From Candidatus Woesearchaeota archaeon (GTDB taxonomy: Archaea; Nanobdellota; Nanobdellia; SCGC-AAA011-G17; GW2011-AR18): DNA of 64,000 nt. The translations under genes were made by a program, and so were the position numbers. A model generated the notes under the pieces. That model did not search any database. It saw nothing but the letters and a program-made list of their open reading frames with translations, and was not told the origin of the DNA. This document shows positions 16,809-26,407 of this stretch, one piece after another; positions within the stretch are counted from its first letter, which is position 1, and the number at the start of each line of letters is the position of its first letter. The DNA is taken from positions 2,198 through 66,197 of the forward strand of contig JAGVZM010000002.1 of NCBI GenBank assembly GCA_018302545.1, written 5' to 3'.

Positions 16809-18868
16809 ACAACATCATACTTAACTAGATTACATTCCTTATGACTCTTAACCTCAACGAAATTCTTCAAAATTTTCAAAACATCTTCAAGATTATATTT
16901 AATCTCCAATTTATCATCAAAACTAAAGGGAATAAATTCATTCTTTTCATAACAAACAAATTCATTCAATCTCAATAAGGTATTCAAATTATTATGAAAA
17001 ACAAACCCATTACCTTCCTGAACTAAAAACATTTTACTAACTAAACTAGTTAATAAACTCAAAGCTTTAGAAAATTGTATTCCTGTTTTAGCAAATACAT
17101 CTGCAGCAGTAAATTTTTTATTCATTTCTATACAAGTAGCTAAAACTTTTATCTCTTCTTTACTCAATTTATCAAAATCCAAGAAAAAATCAACACCAAC
17201 TCCCCTCTCAAGATCGTTAATTATCTGCCCATTATATAGATTAATTAAAAGATTAAACTCTTTATTATTTTTTATACAAGTAAACATATAACATGGGATC
17301 ATAATAGCTTTCAGACTCTCAATCTTCCTATTAACCAAACCTTTAATCTCTTCTTTAGTAACCTTAGGTCTTATCATACTAACAACTTCCTTACCAGTAT
17401 CATTCCATTGTCTTTTTTTAACTTCAACATCTTCAGAAATTAATTGTTTAGGTAATTCTTCATATTCAATATCCGCATCAACAAAAGTACCAACAACATC
17501 TATACTTTGACCACCATGCAAAGTCATTCTAGGTCTGACATCAATAAACAAAGGCATATCAGAAATACCCACAAGCATAGCAGTTCCTACATGCAAATTA
17601 ACAATTTCCTTCTCAGTCTCAGAAGTTATACCTTCAACAGAATTACTTATAGATTTAAGATCATTAGGATTAGTTATTTTTAATATAAATTGAGTACTAC
17701 ATTGTGAAAGAACAGTCTTGTCTAAACGTGCAGGTCTTTGTGTAACTAAAGCAACACCTAAACCGAACTTTCTACCTTCAGCTATTACTTGTCTTAAAAT
17801 AGGAGAGCTTTTAGCTTCTCCAAAATTTCTTTCAGGAGAATAATTATGAGCTTCCTCCACAACCAAAAAAAATGGTGGAATTTCCCCTCTTTTTCTAGCA
17901 CTAAATAAATCATTAACTAATTTATAAACAATAATCTCTTGCACTTCTTGGGGCACCCCTCTTAAATTAAGAATACTACATTTTCCAACTTTAACCAAAT
18001 CATTTGGAGTTGTACCATCAGATTCAGAAAATATATTTAAACTTTTCAAATAATCAATAACATTTATTAAAGTCCATTTAGCATTATTCTCTTCTGATTG
18101 TAAACTCAGCATTAATTGATCAAAATCATTTACTCTATTAATATTACTTAAAGCACCATACAATAAACCCATTTGACTGCCGCTTAATTTAGCAGGAAGC
18201 ATATGCATTAATTCACTTCCAGTCATGCCTTTTGTATTTAATTTTAAAAGTTTAGCTTCTGGATTTTTCTCAACATCAGGACTAAATTCTTGTATTTGTT
18301 TAAAATAACCTTTAGGTTCTAATCCGAATTTTTTTAACATCTCTCCATCTTTACTAGGATACTTTAAACTAGAATATTCTCCATGTGGATCAATAACAAC
18401 AATTGGAATTTTTCTTTCTAAAATTTCTTCTAAAAGAATAGAAACCAAATATGACTTTCCAGATCCAGACTTAGCTAATACTGCTAGATGTTTAGTAATT
18501 ATTTTATTTAAATCCAAATAAACTTTAATATTTTCTCTATCTTCTAACACCCCCACATAAGCACCCCTTTTACTTTCTTTTAAACCCAAAATATTCCTAA
18601 CTATCTCATCTTCAGCATATTCTATCTCTGCACCGGGTTCCAATGGTGTCCTTAAATTTCTTAAAATACCAAATTTATCTCTATAACCCATAATATTACA
18701 TTTAGCTTTAGTTTCTTCTTTCTCTTTTTGAACATCTACAATTTGAGCTAAAACAATATAATCTTCTTTATGTTTCGCTTTAACATACATAAATTTCTTA
18801 GCAGTATCCTCTACTAGAAAGTAAAATTCATTAGTACCACTTTTTCCAATTATATGTCCAAGGACCAT
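16796..18868 (-). CDS. herA: HerA-like (DUF87/FtsK-HerA superfamily) ATPase with about 230-aa C-terminal extension
   Basis: 690 aa; N-terminal HAS-barrel-like MVLGHIIGKSGTNEFYFLV; Walker A AKSGSGKSY; Walker B FFLVVEEAH; arginine-finger region LVTQRPARLDK; extra C-terminal domain with possible winged helix. Confidence 0.7.
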   Translation of the reverse strand: MVLGHIIGKSGTNEFYFLVEDTAKKFMYVKAKHKEDYIVLAQIVDVQKEKEETKAKCNIMGYRDKFGILRNLRTPLEPGAEIEYAEDEIVRNILGLKESKRGAYVGVLEDRENIKVYLDLNKIITKHLAVLAKSGSGKSYLVSILLEEILERKIPIVVIDPHGEYSSLKYPSKDGEMLKKFGLEPKGYFKQIQEFSPDVEKNPEAKLLKLNTKGMTGSELMHMLPAKLSGSQMGLLYGALSNINRVNDFDQLMLSLQSEENNAKWTLINVIDYLKSLNIFSESDGTTPNDLVKVGKCSILNLRGVPQEVQEIIVYKLVNDLFSARKRGEIPPFFLVVEEAHNYSPERNFGEAKSSPILRQVIAEGRKFGLGVALVTQRPARLDKTVLSQCSTQFILKITNPNDLKSISNSVEGITSETEKEIVNLHVGTAMLVGISDMPLFIDVRPRMTLHGGQSIDVVGTFVDADIEYEELPKQLISEDVEVKKRQWNDTGKEVVSMIRPKVTKEEIKGLVNRKIESLKAIMIPCYMFTCIKNNKEFNLLINLYNGQIINDLERGVGVDFFLDFDKLSKEEIKVLATCIEMNKKFTAADVFAKTGIQFSKALSLLTSLVSKMFLVQEGNGFVFHNNLNTLLRLNEFVCYEKNEFIPFSFDDKLEIKYNLEDVLKILKNFVEVKSHKECNLVKYDVVYTR

Positions 18869-18970
18869 TACAAAACTTGATTTCTTAGCTTATTTATAAA
18901 ATTTTGTCATAAAAATAATAAAAAAGAAAAAATAAGTAAAATAAGATTAAAACCAATATAATTATTAGAA

Positions 18971-19156
18971 TTATTGCTCTTTCTTATTTCTATAGCAGTC
19001 TTTACAAAAAACCTCTCTTCCTTCAGATGGCTTGAATGGTACTTCACATTCCTGTCCGCATGAAGAACAAGTTGCTTTGTGCATCTCTCTAGGGCCTCTA
19101 TTAAAGTTGCCTCTACTACCGCCTCTGTGGCCTCTGTGCTCAAAACTATTTTCCAT
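18971..19156 (-). CDS. small zinc-ribbon protein (CxxC-x17-CxxC type) with RGG-like N-terminus
   Basis: 61 aa; HRGHRGGSRGNFNRGPRE... CSSCGQECEVPFKPSEGREVFCKDC; preferred over the overlapping 104-aa low-complexity ORF 18907..19221. Confidence 0.6.
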   Translation of the reverse strand: MENSFEHRGHRGGSRGNFNRGPREMHKATCSSCGQECEVPFKPSEGREVFCKDCYRNKKEQ

Positions 19157-19317
19157 TTATCTCTCCTAAATAATACAAAGAACGAAACCTTCATATCATT
19201 TAAAAAATGCAATAAAATCACTATTTATATAAGTTACGTTTCTAAAAATAGCTTAAAAAAAGGCAATTGATGAGAATAAATAGAATCTTTTATAATTCTT
19301 TCCAAATTTAATACATT

Positions 19318-20337
19318 ATGAAAACACTACCAATCCAAAAAGAAATCCCAAAATTTAAAGGCTTAATTAAAATAGATAGAGAATCCCAAATACCCCTTAT
19401 AGGAATAATTCAAATAGGCATAATTGATAGAGGTTCTTCATTATTGCAAATAAGAGCTTCAACTGCATGTAATATGAAATGCCAATTTTGCTCAACAGCC
19501 GCAAATTCTTATGATATTCACCCATATAACTACGAAGTAGAATTATTTTATTTAATAGATTGGGTTAAAGAAGTTATTAGATTAAAAGACAACCAAGTAA
19601 ATCAGATAAACATAGATTCCGTAGGAGAACCAACTGCATATAAAGATATAGTAAACTTAGTCAGAGAATGTAAGAAAATTCCAGAAATAAAATTAGTAAC
19701 GATGCAAAGCAATGGAACCTTATTAAACGAAGAATTGATAAAAAAACTAGAAAAGGCAGGCCTAGATAGAATAAACCTATCCGTACATTCTTTAGAAGAT
19801 CAACAATCAAAAGAACTATTTGGATCAAATAATTATAATCTAAAAAAAATATTAGAAAATGCTAAACTAATAAACAAATCAAAGATAGAGTTAAATCTAA
19901 CTCCAGTATATCTCCCAAATATAAACGATAAACAAATTTCAGACTTAATTGAATTCGCAAAAGAGATCAATTGCAGAATTTCCATTCAAAAATATGAAAT
20001 TTATAAATATTCAAGAAAGATGAAAAAAGTAAAAGAGCAGAATTGGTTTAAATTTTATAGAAAATTAGAAGAATTAGAAAAAAAACATGATTATAAGTTA
20101 AAAATTGGACCTACAGATTTCGAGATTTATAAATCAAAGAGAATACCTTTAGAATTTAAAAGAGGAGATATAATAACTGCAGAGGTAATAATGCCTGGAT
20201 GGATTAAACAGGAGAAGATTGCAAAAGCAAACAATAGAGTTATAACAATCGTAGATTCAGATGCAAAGATGGGAGATAAAATAAGAGTAAAAATTCTCGA
20301 ATCTAAAGATTCAATCTACATAACTAAAAAAGTTTAG
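19318..20337 (+). CDS. radical SAM domain protein
   Basis: 339 aa; CNMKCQFC (CxxxCxxC) cluster motif, GEP motif DSVGEPTAY; C-terminal beta-rich domain; TAG stop. Confidence 0.8.
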   Translation: MKTLPIQKEIPKFKGLIKIDRESQIPLIGIIQIGIIDRGSSLLQIRASTACNMKCQFCSTAANSYDIHPYNYEVELFYLIDWVKEVIRLKDNQVNQINIDSVGEPTAYKDIVNLVRECKKIPEIKLVTMQSNGTLLNEELIKKLEKAGLDRINLSVHSLEDQQSKELFGSNNYNLKKILENAKLINKSKIELNLTPVYLPNINDKQISDLIEFAKEINCRISIQKYEIYKYSRKMKKVKEQNWFKFYRKLEELEKKHDYKLKIGPTDFEIYKSKRIPLEFKRGDIITAEVIMPGWIKQEKIAKANNRVITIVDSDAKMGDKIRVKILESKDSIYITKKV

Positions 20338-20492
20338 TGAATTCCAATTTCTCAAAACAATAAATACCCTATATAGATTATATATAACTACTAATAAGTA
20401 AACAACGAAAAAAATAACATTTAAATAGAAAAAATTACAAAAATCTAATTAAATAAAGATCAAAAATAAAAGATATAGGAGGTAGATAAAAA

Positions 20493-20861
20493 ATGGCCAA
20501 AAATAATTCAACATCCGAAATGATTGGCGGTTGGTCCTTTATAGTTGGTGCATTAATTGCATTAATTCTAGGAGTTATACCATCAACAGCAAATAAGCCA
20601 TGGGTAATTGGTTTATTATTAGTACTTGGTGTGATTGTTGGATTAATCAATATAACAGATAAAGAAATTGTTCCATTTTTAATAGCCTGTGTTGCATTTT
20701 TAGTTGCCGCCCCTACATTCGGAGCAGCAGTAGCAGCAGGAGGATTTGGAGCAACCTTTAGTTGGTTAACAAGAATATTAACACATATAGGTGTTTTCGT
20801 AGTTCCAGCAGCTGTTATAGCATCAATTAAAGCAATTATGGCTTTAGCAGGTTCAAAATAA
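20493..20861 (+). CDS. hypothetical integral membrane protein
   Basis: 122 aa, four Gly/Ala-rich TM helices; antisense ORF 20435..20650 rejected. Confidence 0.55.
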   Translation: MAKNNSTSEMIGGWSFIVGALIALILGVIPSTANKPWVIGLLLVLGVIVGLINITDKEIVPFLIACVAFLVAAPTFGAAVAAGGFGATFSWLTRILTHIGVFVVPAAVIASIKAIMALAGSK

Positions 20862-20925
20862 ACCTGTTTTTTTCTTTTTTATTATTTTAGAAAACCTTAA
20901 TTAATCAAACAAAAACAATTTCTTA

Positions 20926-21924
20926 ATGCAAATAATAGCACAGTGTATTCCAAACCTAGAAGAAATCTCAATAAAAGAGATTAAAGAGTTAATAAATCAA
21001 GAATCAAAAATAATAATTCCAGGAAGAATAAAATTTAATGCAACAAAAGAAGAAATAAAAAAATTAGCTAAGAAAACAAGGAGTATACTAAAAATTTATT
21101 TATTCATAGAAAAAATAGAATTCAAAGAGTTAGATGATTTAGAAGAACAAATAAAAAAGATAAAATTCCCAGAAATAAAAGAACCATTTGCTGCAAAATG
21201 TGAAAGAAAGGGAAATCACAATTTTACATCTAACGATATAGAAATAATAATAGGTGATTCTATAAAAAATAAGAAAGTAGATTTAAAAAATCCAGAAACT
21301 ATAATAATAGCAGATATACTAAAACAAGATTGTCTAATAGGCATAGAAATTTCAAATAATTTAAGTAAGAGAGATTATAGAATAAAGATATTGTCTAATT
21401 CTATAAATCCTTGTTTAGCTTATTGTATGTTAAGAATCTCAGAAGTTAAAGAAAAAGAAACAATTTTAGATCCTTCCTGTAAATCAGGAGAAATTATAAT
21501 AGAAGCATTTTTATCATTTAAGACCTTAAAAGGTTACGCAACAGATTCTTTACTTAATCACTTAAAAGCGCTTGAGATTAATTCTAAAATAGCGCAAGTA
21601 TATAAAAAAATAGAAATAAGTAGGCAAGACATAGAATGGTTAGATACTAAATTTAATGAAGAAGAAATAGATCATATAATAACATTTCCACCATATCCTT
21701 CCAAAATTTTTAAAGAAAAAAAAGCAGAGAGATTATACAAAGACCTATTTCATGCAGGTTCTTACATCTTAAAAGAAAAAGGAAACATAACAATATTAAC
21801 AAATTCCCCAAAGTTACTAGAAAAAACAGCAAATTCAGAAAATTTCAAACTCAAAAAACAATATAAATTAAATTATATGAATCAAGAATTTTATATCTTG
21901 GTATTCAGTAAATCTTTTAAATAA
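20926..21924 (+). CDS. THUMP-domain RNA (tRNA m2G-type, Trm14/COG0116-like) methyltransferase
   Basis: 332 aa; N-terminal ferredoxin-like/THUMP region, SAM-binding ILDPSCKSGEIIIEA, motif IV ITFPPYP. Confidence 0.65.
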   Translation: MQIIAQCIPNLEEISIKEIKELINQESKIIIPGRIKFNATKEEIKKLAKKTRSILKIYLFIEKIEFKELDDLEEQIKKIKFPEIKEPFAAKCERKGNHNFTSNDIEIIIGDSIKNKKVDLKNPETIIIADILKQDCLIGIEISNNLSKRDYRIKILSNSINPCLAYCMLRISEVKEKETILDPSCKSGEIIIEAFLSFKTLKGYATDSLLNHLKALEINSKIAQVYKKIEISRQDIEWLDTKFNEEEIDHIITFPPYPSKIFKEKKAERLYKDLFHAGSYILKEKGNITILTNSPKLLEKTANSENFKLKKQYKLNYMNQEFYILVFSKSFK

Positions 21925-21942
21925 ATATAAAGTCGTAAAAAC

Positions 21943-23814
21943 ATGACAAATCCAGAAAATCAACTAATAGACCAAAGATTACAAAAATTAGAAGAAATAA
22001 GAAAGTTAGGAATAGAGCCATATCCCTATTCATACAAAACAAATACTACAGCAAAAGAAATTAAAGAAAAGTTCTCAAAATTAAAGAATGAAGAAAAAAC
22101 TAAAGCTAAAGTATCCCTCTCTGGAAGATTAATGACTATTAGGAGAATGGGTAAAGCATCTTTTGCTCACTTACAAGATCACACAGACAAGGTACAATTC
22201 TACATAAGAGAAGATGAAGTAGGAAACTCTGAATATGAAATATTTAAAAAATTAGATATGGGCGACATTATAGGAATAGAAGGAATAATATTCAAAACAA
22301 AGACAGGAGAAGTTTCTATATGGATAAAAAAATTAACTTTCTTATCTAAGTGCCTACGTCCCTTACCAGAAAAATGGCATGGATTAAAAGATGTAGAAGC
22401 AAGATACAGACAAAGATATCTAGACTTAATAGCAAATCCAGAAGTAAAGGAAATATTCATAAAAAGATCTAAAATAGTATCTGCTGTAAGAGAATTTTTA
22501 GAGATGAAAGGTTATATTGAAGTAGACATTCCAACTTTACAACCTCAATATGGGGGAGCAAATGCAAAACCATTCAAAACCCATATTAATGCTTGGAATA
22601 TAGATCTATATTTGAGTATTTCACCAGAGTTATATTTAAAAAAATTAATAGTTGGAGGATTTGATAAGGTCTTTACTATTTGTAAAAATTTTAGGAATGA
22701 AGGGGTTGACAAAACGCATAATCCAGAATTCACAATGATGGAGTGTTATGCAATAAATGAAGACTATAATTATTTATTAGAATTAATCGAAGATTTATAC
22801 ATATATGCAGCTGAAAAAGTTTTAGGAACAACAAAGATAACTTATCAAGGACAGAAAATTGATTTGAAAAAACCATGGAAAAGACTAACAATGTATGAAT
22901 CACTAAAACAATATGCTAATTTAGATGTCTCAAAAATGTCAGATAAAGAATTAATAAAACAAGCAAACTCACATGGGGTTCAAATAGAGAAAAATACACC
23001 AAGAGGATTAATAATTGAAGCATTATTTGGAGAACTAGTAGAAAAACATCTTATTCAGCCCACTCACCTAATAGATCATCCAAAAGAGACAACACCACTA
23101 TGCAAAGTAAAAAGGGGAGATGAATGTCTAATCGAAAGAGTCGAACCTTATATTAATGGATGGGAAATTGGAAATGGTTATTCTGAATTAAACGATCCAA
23201 AGATACAATATGAATTATTCAAAGAACAAGAAGAAAGAGGAAGAGCGGGAAATGAGGAATTCCATCCAATGGACGAAGATTATGTTAAAGCTTTAGAAAC
23301 AGGTTTACCTCCAACAGCAGGAGTTGGCTTAGGAATTGATAGAATGGTAATGTTACTAACAGATTCCACTACAATAAGAGATGTAATATTATTCCCTACA
23401 ATGCGTCCAGAAAATAAAGATGAGGAAAAAATAACAAAAGAAAATATTTTAGAACAAGAAGGAATAATAGTTGGCAAAGTAGTAAAAATAGAGAAACACC
23501 CAAATGCAGATAATTTAAAAATATGTACTATAAACATAGGAAATAAAGAGGTAATTTCTGTAACAAACTGTAAAAATGCAAGAGAAGGAATGATAATTCC
23601 AACAATATTAACAGGAACAAAATATTTTGATTGGAAAGGTTCAGGAAAAATATTAGTAGCAAAAAGATCAGAGTTAAGAGGAATAGAAAGCAACGCTATT
23701 ATGGGCGCTGGAGAAGAAATAGGATTGCCAACTCCAGAAGACAAAAGAGAATTAATATATGAACTAAAATCCGGAAAACCAGGAGACAAAGTAAAAGATC
23801 ATATACATAGATAA
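21943..23814 (+). CDS. lysS: class II lysyl-tRNA synthetase with C-terminal Trbp111/EMAPII-like tRNA-binding domain
   Basis: 623 aa; RYRQRYLDLI, FRNEGVDKTHNPEFTMMECY (motif 2), GLGIDRMVMLL (motif 3); residues about 510-623 GKVVKIEKHPNADNLKICTINIG...LRGIESNAIMGAGEEIGL match the tRNA_bind OB fold. Confidence 0.9.
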   Translation: MTNPENQLIDQRLQKLEEIRKLGIEPYPYSYKTNTTAKEIKEKFSKLKNEEKTKAKVSLSGRLMTIRRMGKASFAHLQDHTDKVQFYIREDEVGNSEYEIFKKLDMGDIIGIEGIIFKTKTGEVSIWIKKLTFLSKCLRPLPEKWHGLKDVEARYRQRYLDLIANPEVKEIFIKRSKIVSAVREFLEMKGYIEVDIPTLQPQYGGANAKPFKTHINAWNIDLYLSISPELYLKKLIVGGFDKVFTICKNFRNEGVDKTHNPEFTMMECYAINEDYNYLLELIEDLYIYAAEKVLGTTKITYQGQKIDLKKPWKRLTMYESLKQYANLDVSKMSDKELIKQANSHGVQIEKNTPRGLIIEALFGELVEKHLIQPTHLIDHPKETTPLCKVKRGDECLIERVEPYINGWEIGNGYSELNDPKIQYELFKEQEERGRAGNEEFHPMDEDYVKALETGLPPTAGVGLGIDRMVMLLTDSTTIRDVILFPTMRPENKDEEKITKENILEQEGIIVGKVVKIEKHPNADNLKICTINIGNKEVISVTNCKNAREGMIIPTILTGTKYFDWKGSGKILVAKRSELRGIESNAIMGAGEEIGLPTPEDKRELIYELKSGKPGDKVKDHIHR

Positions 23815-23937
23815 ATTAACTTCCGAATAGAAGCAAAGAAAACTTTATAAACACTCAAAAACGGTAATTTCAATGAAAAACGAGGTTTTAAGCTAATATT
23901 CTCGTTTTCAATAAAAATAATTGAGGAGGCAAACAAG

Positions 23938-24108
23938 ATGGGTGAACTGTTAGTTGTAAGAAGTAAAATAAAAGACGTTGCAAAGGGAATGAACGTTGCT
24001 GGTGATTTTGCAGACGCTTTAAGTGAAAAAGTAGAAATGTTAATTAAAGACGCTTGTAGAAGAGCTAAAGAAAACAAAAGAAGCACTATTCAACCTAGAG
24101 ACTTATAA
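23938..24108 (+). CDS. small histone-fold (DUF1931-like) protein (not in supplied ORF track)
   Basis: Hand translation gives MGELLVVRSKIKDVAKGMNVAGDFADALSEKVEMLIKDACRRAKENKRSTIQPRDL* (56 aa); GAGGAGG-like element 8 nt upstream; overlapping antisense ORF 23799..24086 rejected. Confidence 0.55.
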   Translation: MGELLVVRSKIKDVAKGMNVAGDFADALSEKVEMLIKDACRRAKENKRSTIQPRDL

Positions 24109-24182
24109 ATCTCTAGTATATTTTCTTTTTTTATTTAATTTTCATAAACTATTTATATTAATAAATTAAATTCTATCTATAA

Positions 24183-24599
24183 ATGACATCAAAAATTAAA
24201 GGTTCTAGAACTGAAAGAGAATTAGTTCAACTATTCCAAAATACAGGAAATTGGAGTGCAATTAGAGTAGCAGGCTCAGGTTTAACTAAAAATCCAAATC
24301 CAGATGTTTTAGCAGGAAACGGTAAAAGATATTTAGCACTAGAATGCAAAGCAACTAAAAAAACCTCCAAACACATATATGAAGAAGATGTAATACAAAT
24401 AATAACATTTTCAAACAAATTCGGAGCAGAACCCTGGTTTGCAATAAAATTCAATAGAAAACCATGGTTATTCCTAAAACCAGAGCAATTAAACAAAACA
24501 AAAAGTTCAAATTCAAGTATTAATTTAAGATTAGCAGAAGAAATAGGTTTAACATTTGAGAGATTAATAGAAGGAGGAGAATTATGCAAAACACAATAA
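24183..24599 (+). CDS. hjc: Holliday junction resolvase Hjc
   Basis: 138 aa; GSRTERELVQLF...AIRVAGSG...PDVLAG...LALECKATKK (archaeal Hjc E...D...ExK nuclease core). Confidence 0.8.
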   Translation: MTSKIKGSRTERELVQLFQNTGNWSAIRVAGSGLTKNPNPDVLAGNGKRYLALECKATKKTSKHIYEEDVIQIITFSNKFGAEPWFAIKFNRKPWLFLKPEQLNKTKSSNSSINLRLAEEIGLTFERLIEGGELCKTQ

Positions 24600-24964
24600 A
24601 ATATAGCGGTTTAAAAAATCTTAATCCTATAGAACAACAGATAATAAATCAGATATTAGAAAGAGAATATCCAAGAATTCAAAGAATGATAAAAAATGAA
24701 TCAGATTTGCATGTCCATATAAAAACAGTAAAGAAAGATACAAGAAAAAGATACATAATAAGTATACGTTTAGAAGCTGCTACAAAAATGTATTCTACAA
24801 AAACAAAAGACACAGAAGAAGCAGGCGACTGGGATATAAAAAAAGCAACACACAAAGCAATAGAACATTTAGAATCAGAAATAAAAAGAAGTATAAAACC
24901 AGATGAAGGAAAATGGAAAAAAAGCAAATTAAGAAAGATCTTAGAAAAAATCAGGGGAGAATAA
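24584..24964 (+). CDS. hypothetical protein, possibly HPF/RaiA-like fold
   Basis: 126 aa; the pattern DLHVHIKTV...RYIISIRLEA...ATHKAIEHLESEIKR weakly resembles ribosome hibernation factors; overlaps the hjc stop by 16 nt. Confidence 0.4.
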   Translation: MQNTIKYSGLKNLNPIEQQIINQILEREYPRIQRMIKNESDLHVHIKTVKKDTRKRYIISIRLEAATKMYSTKTKDTEEAGDWDIKKATHKAIEHLESEIKRSIKPDEGKWKKSKLRKILEKIRGE

Positions 24965-24990
24965 ACCTCCCAAAAATTTTTCAAGATTTT

Positions 24991-25012
24991 TGAAAATCTT
25001 TCAGAAATTTCT
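24991..25012 (+). promoter_or_regulatory. recurring promoter-proximal motif, instance 2 (TGAAAATCTTTCAGAAATTTCT)
   Basis: Motif centre is 47 nt upstream of the ATG at 25050; TATA-like CTTTTTAAC in between. Confidence 0.5.
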
Positions 25013-25049
25013 ACTAAACCCTTTTTAACCAAAGAAGTTAATTAGTTTT

Positions 25050-26042
25050 ATGAAAAAAATAATATACATAATAATAACTTTAATTTTTTTGCCATTAGTA
25101 TATGCAGAATGTGATTGTACTTGTGAAGATCCAAAAGCAAATCTATCCTTACCAGAAGGCCATTGCAATATTTCATTAACATTAAAAACAGATAAAGATA
25201 GGTACAAAAATGAAGAGAAAATAACAATTTTCAATGAATTGACAGAAAAAAAACAAGACTTTACTATTGAATATTGGATAGAGGATATAAAAGGAGAGAT
25301 AATAAAAGAAAAAACTGAGACAAAAAATACAAATAAAAAACAATTCACACCAAAACTAACTGAGAATACAACTTTAGTAATAAAAAACAACTTAACTTAT
25401 TTAGATTGTAAAAATATAATAGTAGAGAACTATAATAAGGTAGAAGTATTCATAGAAGTCCAGCCAAAAAAAGAACCAGAATTAGAATTAATTAATTATT
25501 CAAAGAAATTAAATTTATCAGACGAATTAAACATCTCTTTAATGATATATTCAGGAGATAATATAAACTATTCAATAGCCTTTTGGATTGACAATATAAC
25601 AAAAACAGAAGATTATAAGATAGATCAAAGATACAAAAATGAAACAGTAAATCTAAGTATTAAGATCCCAAATAACTGTAGTATAGAATCAAAAAAGTAT
25701 GATTTAATAATAAAATCTCAAGAAAAAGAAATAAAGAAAAAAATAGATATAGAAAACAATTGCAAGGAAAAAGAGGAAGAACTAGAGGAAAATACAGAAA
25801 AATGCATTTTAAGCATACATTCAGAAGAAAATAACTCCGAAAACATTATAAATCAAAGTGCAAACCCAATCACAGGATTCACAATATATGAATCCACAAC
25901 AATAAAATCAAAGGAAATAGCTAAATACTTATTGATGATTATATTAGCATCAATTTTAGTATTTATAATCACAATAAACAAAGGAGTAGGAAAAGCAATA
26001 AAAGAATATTCACAAAAATGGTCTTCACAATTAGAGCACTGA
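25050..26042 (+). CDS. hypothetical secreted, C-terminally anchored surface protein
   Basis: 330 aa; signal peptide MKKIIYIIITLIFLPLVYA; many N-x-S/T sequons; C-terminal TM YLLMIILASILVFIITI. Confidence 0.55.
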   Translation: MKKIIYIIITLIFLPLVYAECDCTCEDPKANLSLPEGHCNISLTLKTDKDRYKNEEKITIFNELTEKKQDFTIEYWIEDIKGEIIKEKTETKNTNKKQFTPKLTENTTLVIKNNLTYLDCKNIIVENYNKVEVFIEVQPKKEPELELINYSKKLNLSDELNISLMIYSGDNINYSIAFWIDNITKTEDYKIDQRYKNETVNLSIKIPNNCSIESKKYDLIIKSQEKEIKKKIDIENNCKEKEEELEENTEKCILSIHSEENNSENIINQSANPITGFTIYESTTIKSKEIAKYLLMIILASILVFIITINKGVGKAIKEYSQKWSSQLEH

Positions 26043-26407
26043 TTGAAGTTCTGGGTTTTCCTGAAGAACACATTAAAGAAATTGTAAAAAAAGTATTAGA
26101 AAAACTAGAAAAAGAAGACGGGATAGAAATAATAAATAAAGAGATACATGAAACCCAAAAAGTAAAGGAAACCTTCTTCTCGTGTTTTACAGAATTAGAA
26201 TTAAAGATACATGATTTAAGTATACTATTAAAGTTCTGTTATGATTATCTTCCCTCAAATATTGAGATATTAGATGCAGATAACATAACTATACCCTCAA
26301 GAGAGTTCAACTTAAGTATAAATGAAATGTTAGAGAGGTTGCACCAATATAATATAATAGTAAACAACCTATCAAACCAAGTCAAAAAATTAGAAAAGCC
26401 TCAGTAG
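26018..26407 (+). CDS. hypothetical protein
   Basis: 129-aa soluble ORF overlapping the upstream gene by 25 nt; no family recognised. Confidence 0.45.
   Translation: MVFTIRALIEVLGFPEEHIKEIVKKVLEKLEKEDGIEIINKEIHETQKVKETFFSCFTELELKIHDLSILLKFCYDYLPSNIEILDADNITIPSREFNLSINEMLERLHQYNIIVNNLSNQVKKLEKPQ

Noticed and set aside
18907-19221. 104-aa ORF overlapping the zinc-ribbon gene on the same strand
   Set aside because: Its sequence is low-complexity and hydrophobic with no features. The 61-aa frame (18971..19156) encodes a recognisable CxxC-x17-CxxC protein.
23280-23789. 169-aa ORF antisense to lysS, and similar antisense or shadow ORFs (729..944, 3664..3852, 6043..6261, 7713..7952, 9614..9976, 9979..10170, 13057..13248, 14294..14506, 15026..15223, 15353..15694, 15544..15777, 16340..16546, 19079..19270, 20435..20650, 22200..22460, 22545..22733, 24227..24589, 24679..25032, 25025..25390, 25853..26071, 26991..27218, 28092..28433, 28129..28332, 28470..28670, 31727..31933, 34415..34702, 35946..36218, 38785..38991, 41188..41370, 42156..42392, 43536..43793, 46163..46360, 46730..46924, 49251..49496, 50122..50307, 51163..51348, 52417..52689, 54854..55057, 56020..56250, 56342..56554, 61932..62123, 62938..63360)
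   Set aside because: Each lies inside, or antisense to, a gene with clear family identity or better coding features. Their translations are low-complexity, as expected from AT-rich shadow frames.
23799-24086. 95-aa minus-strand ORF
   Set aside because: It is antisense to a better-supported 56-aa histone-fold gene (23938..24108), which has an upstream GAGG element. The antisense translation is low-complexity.
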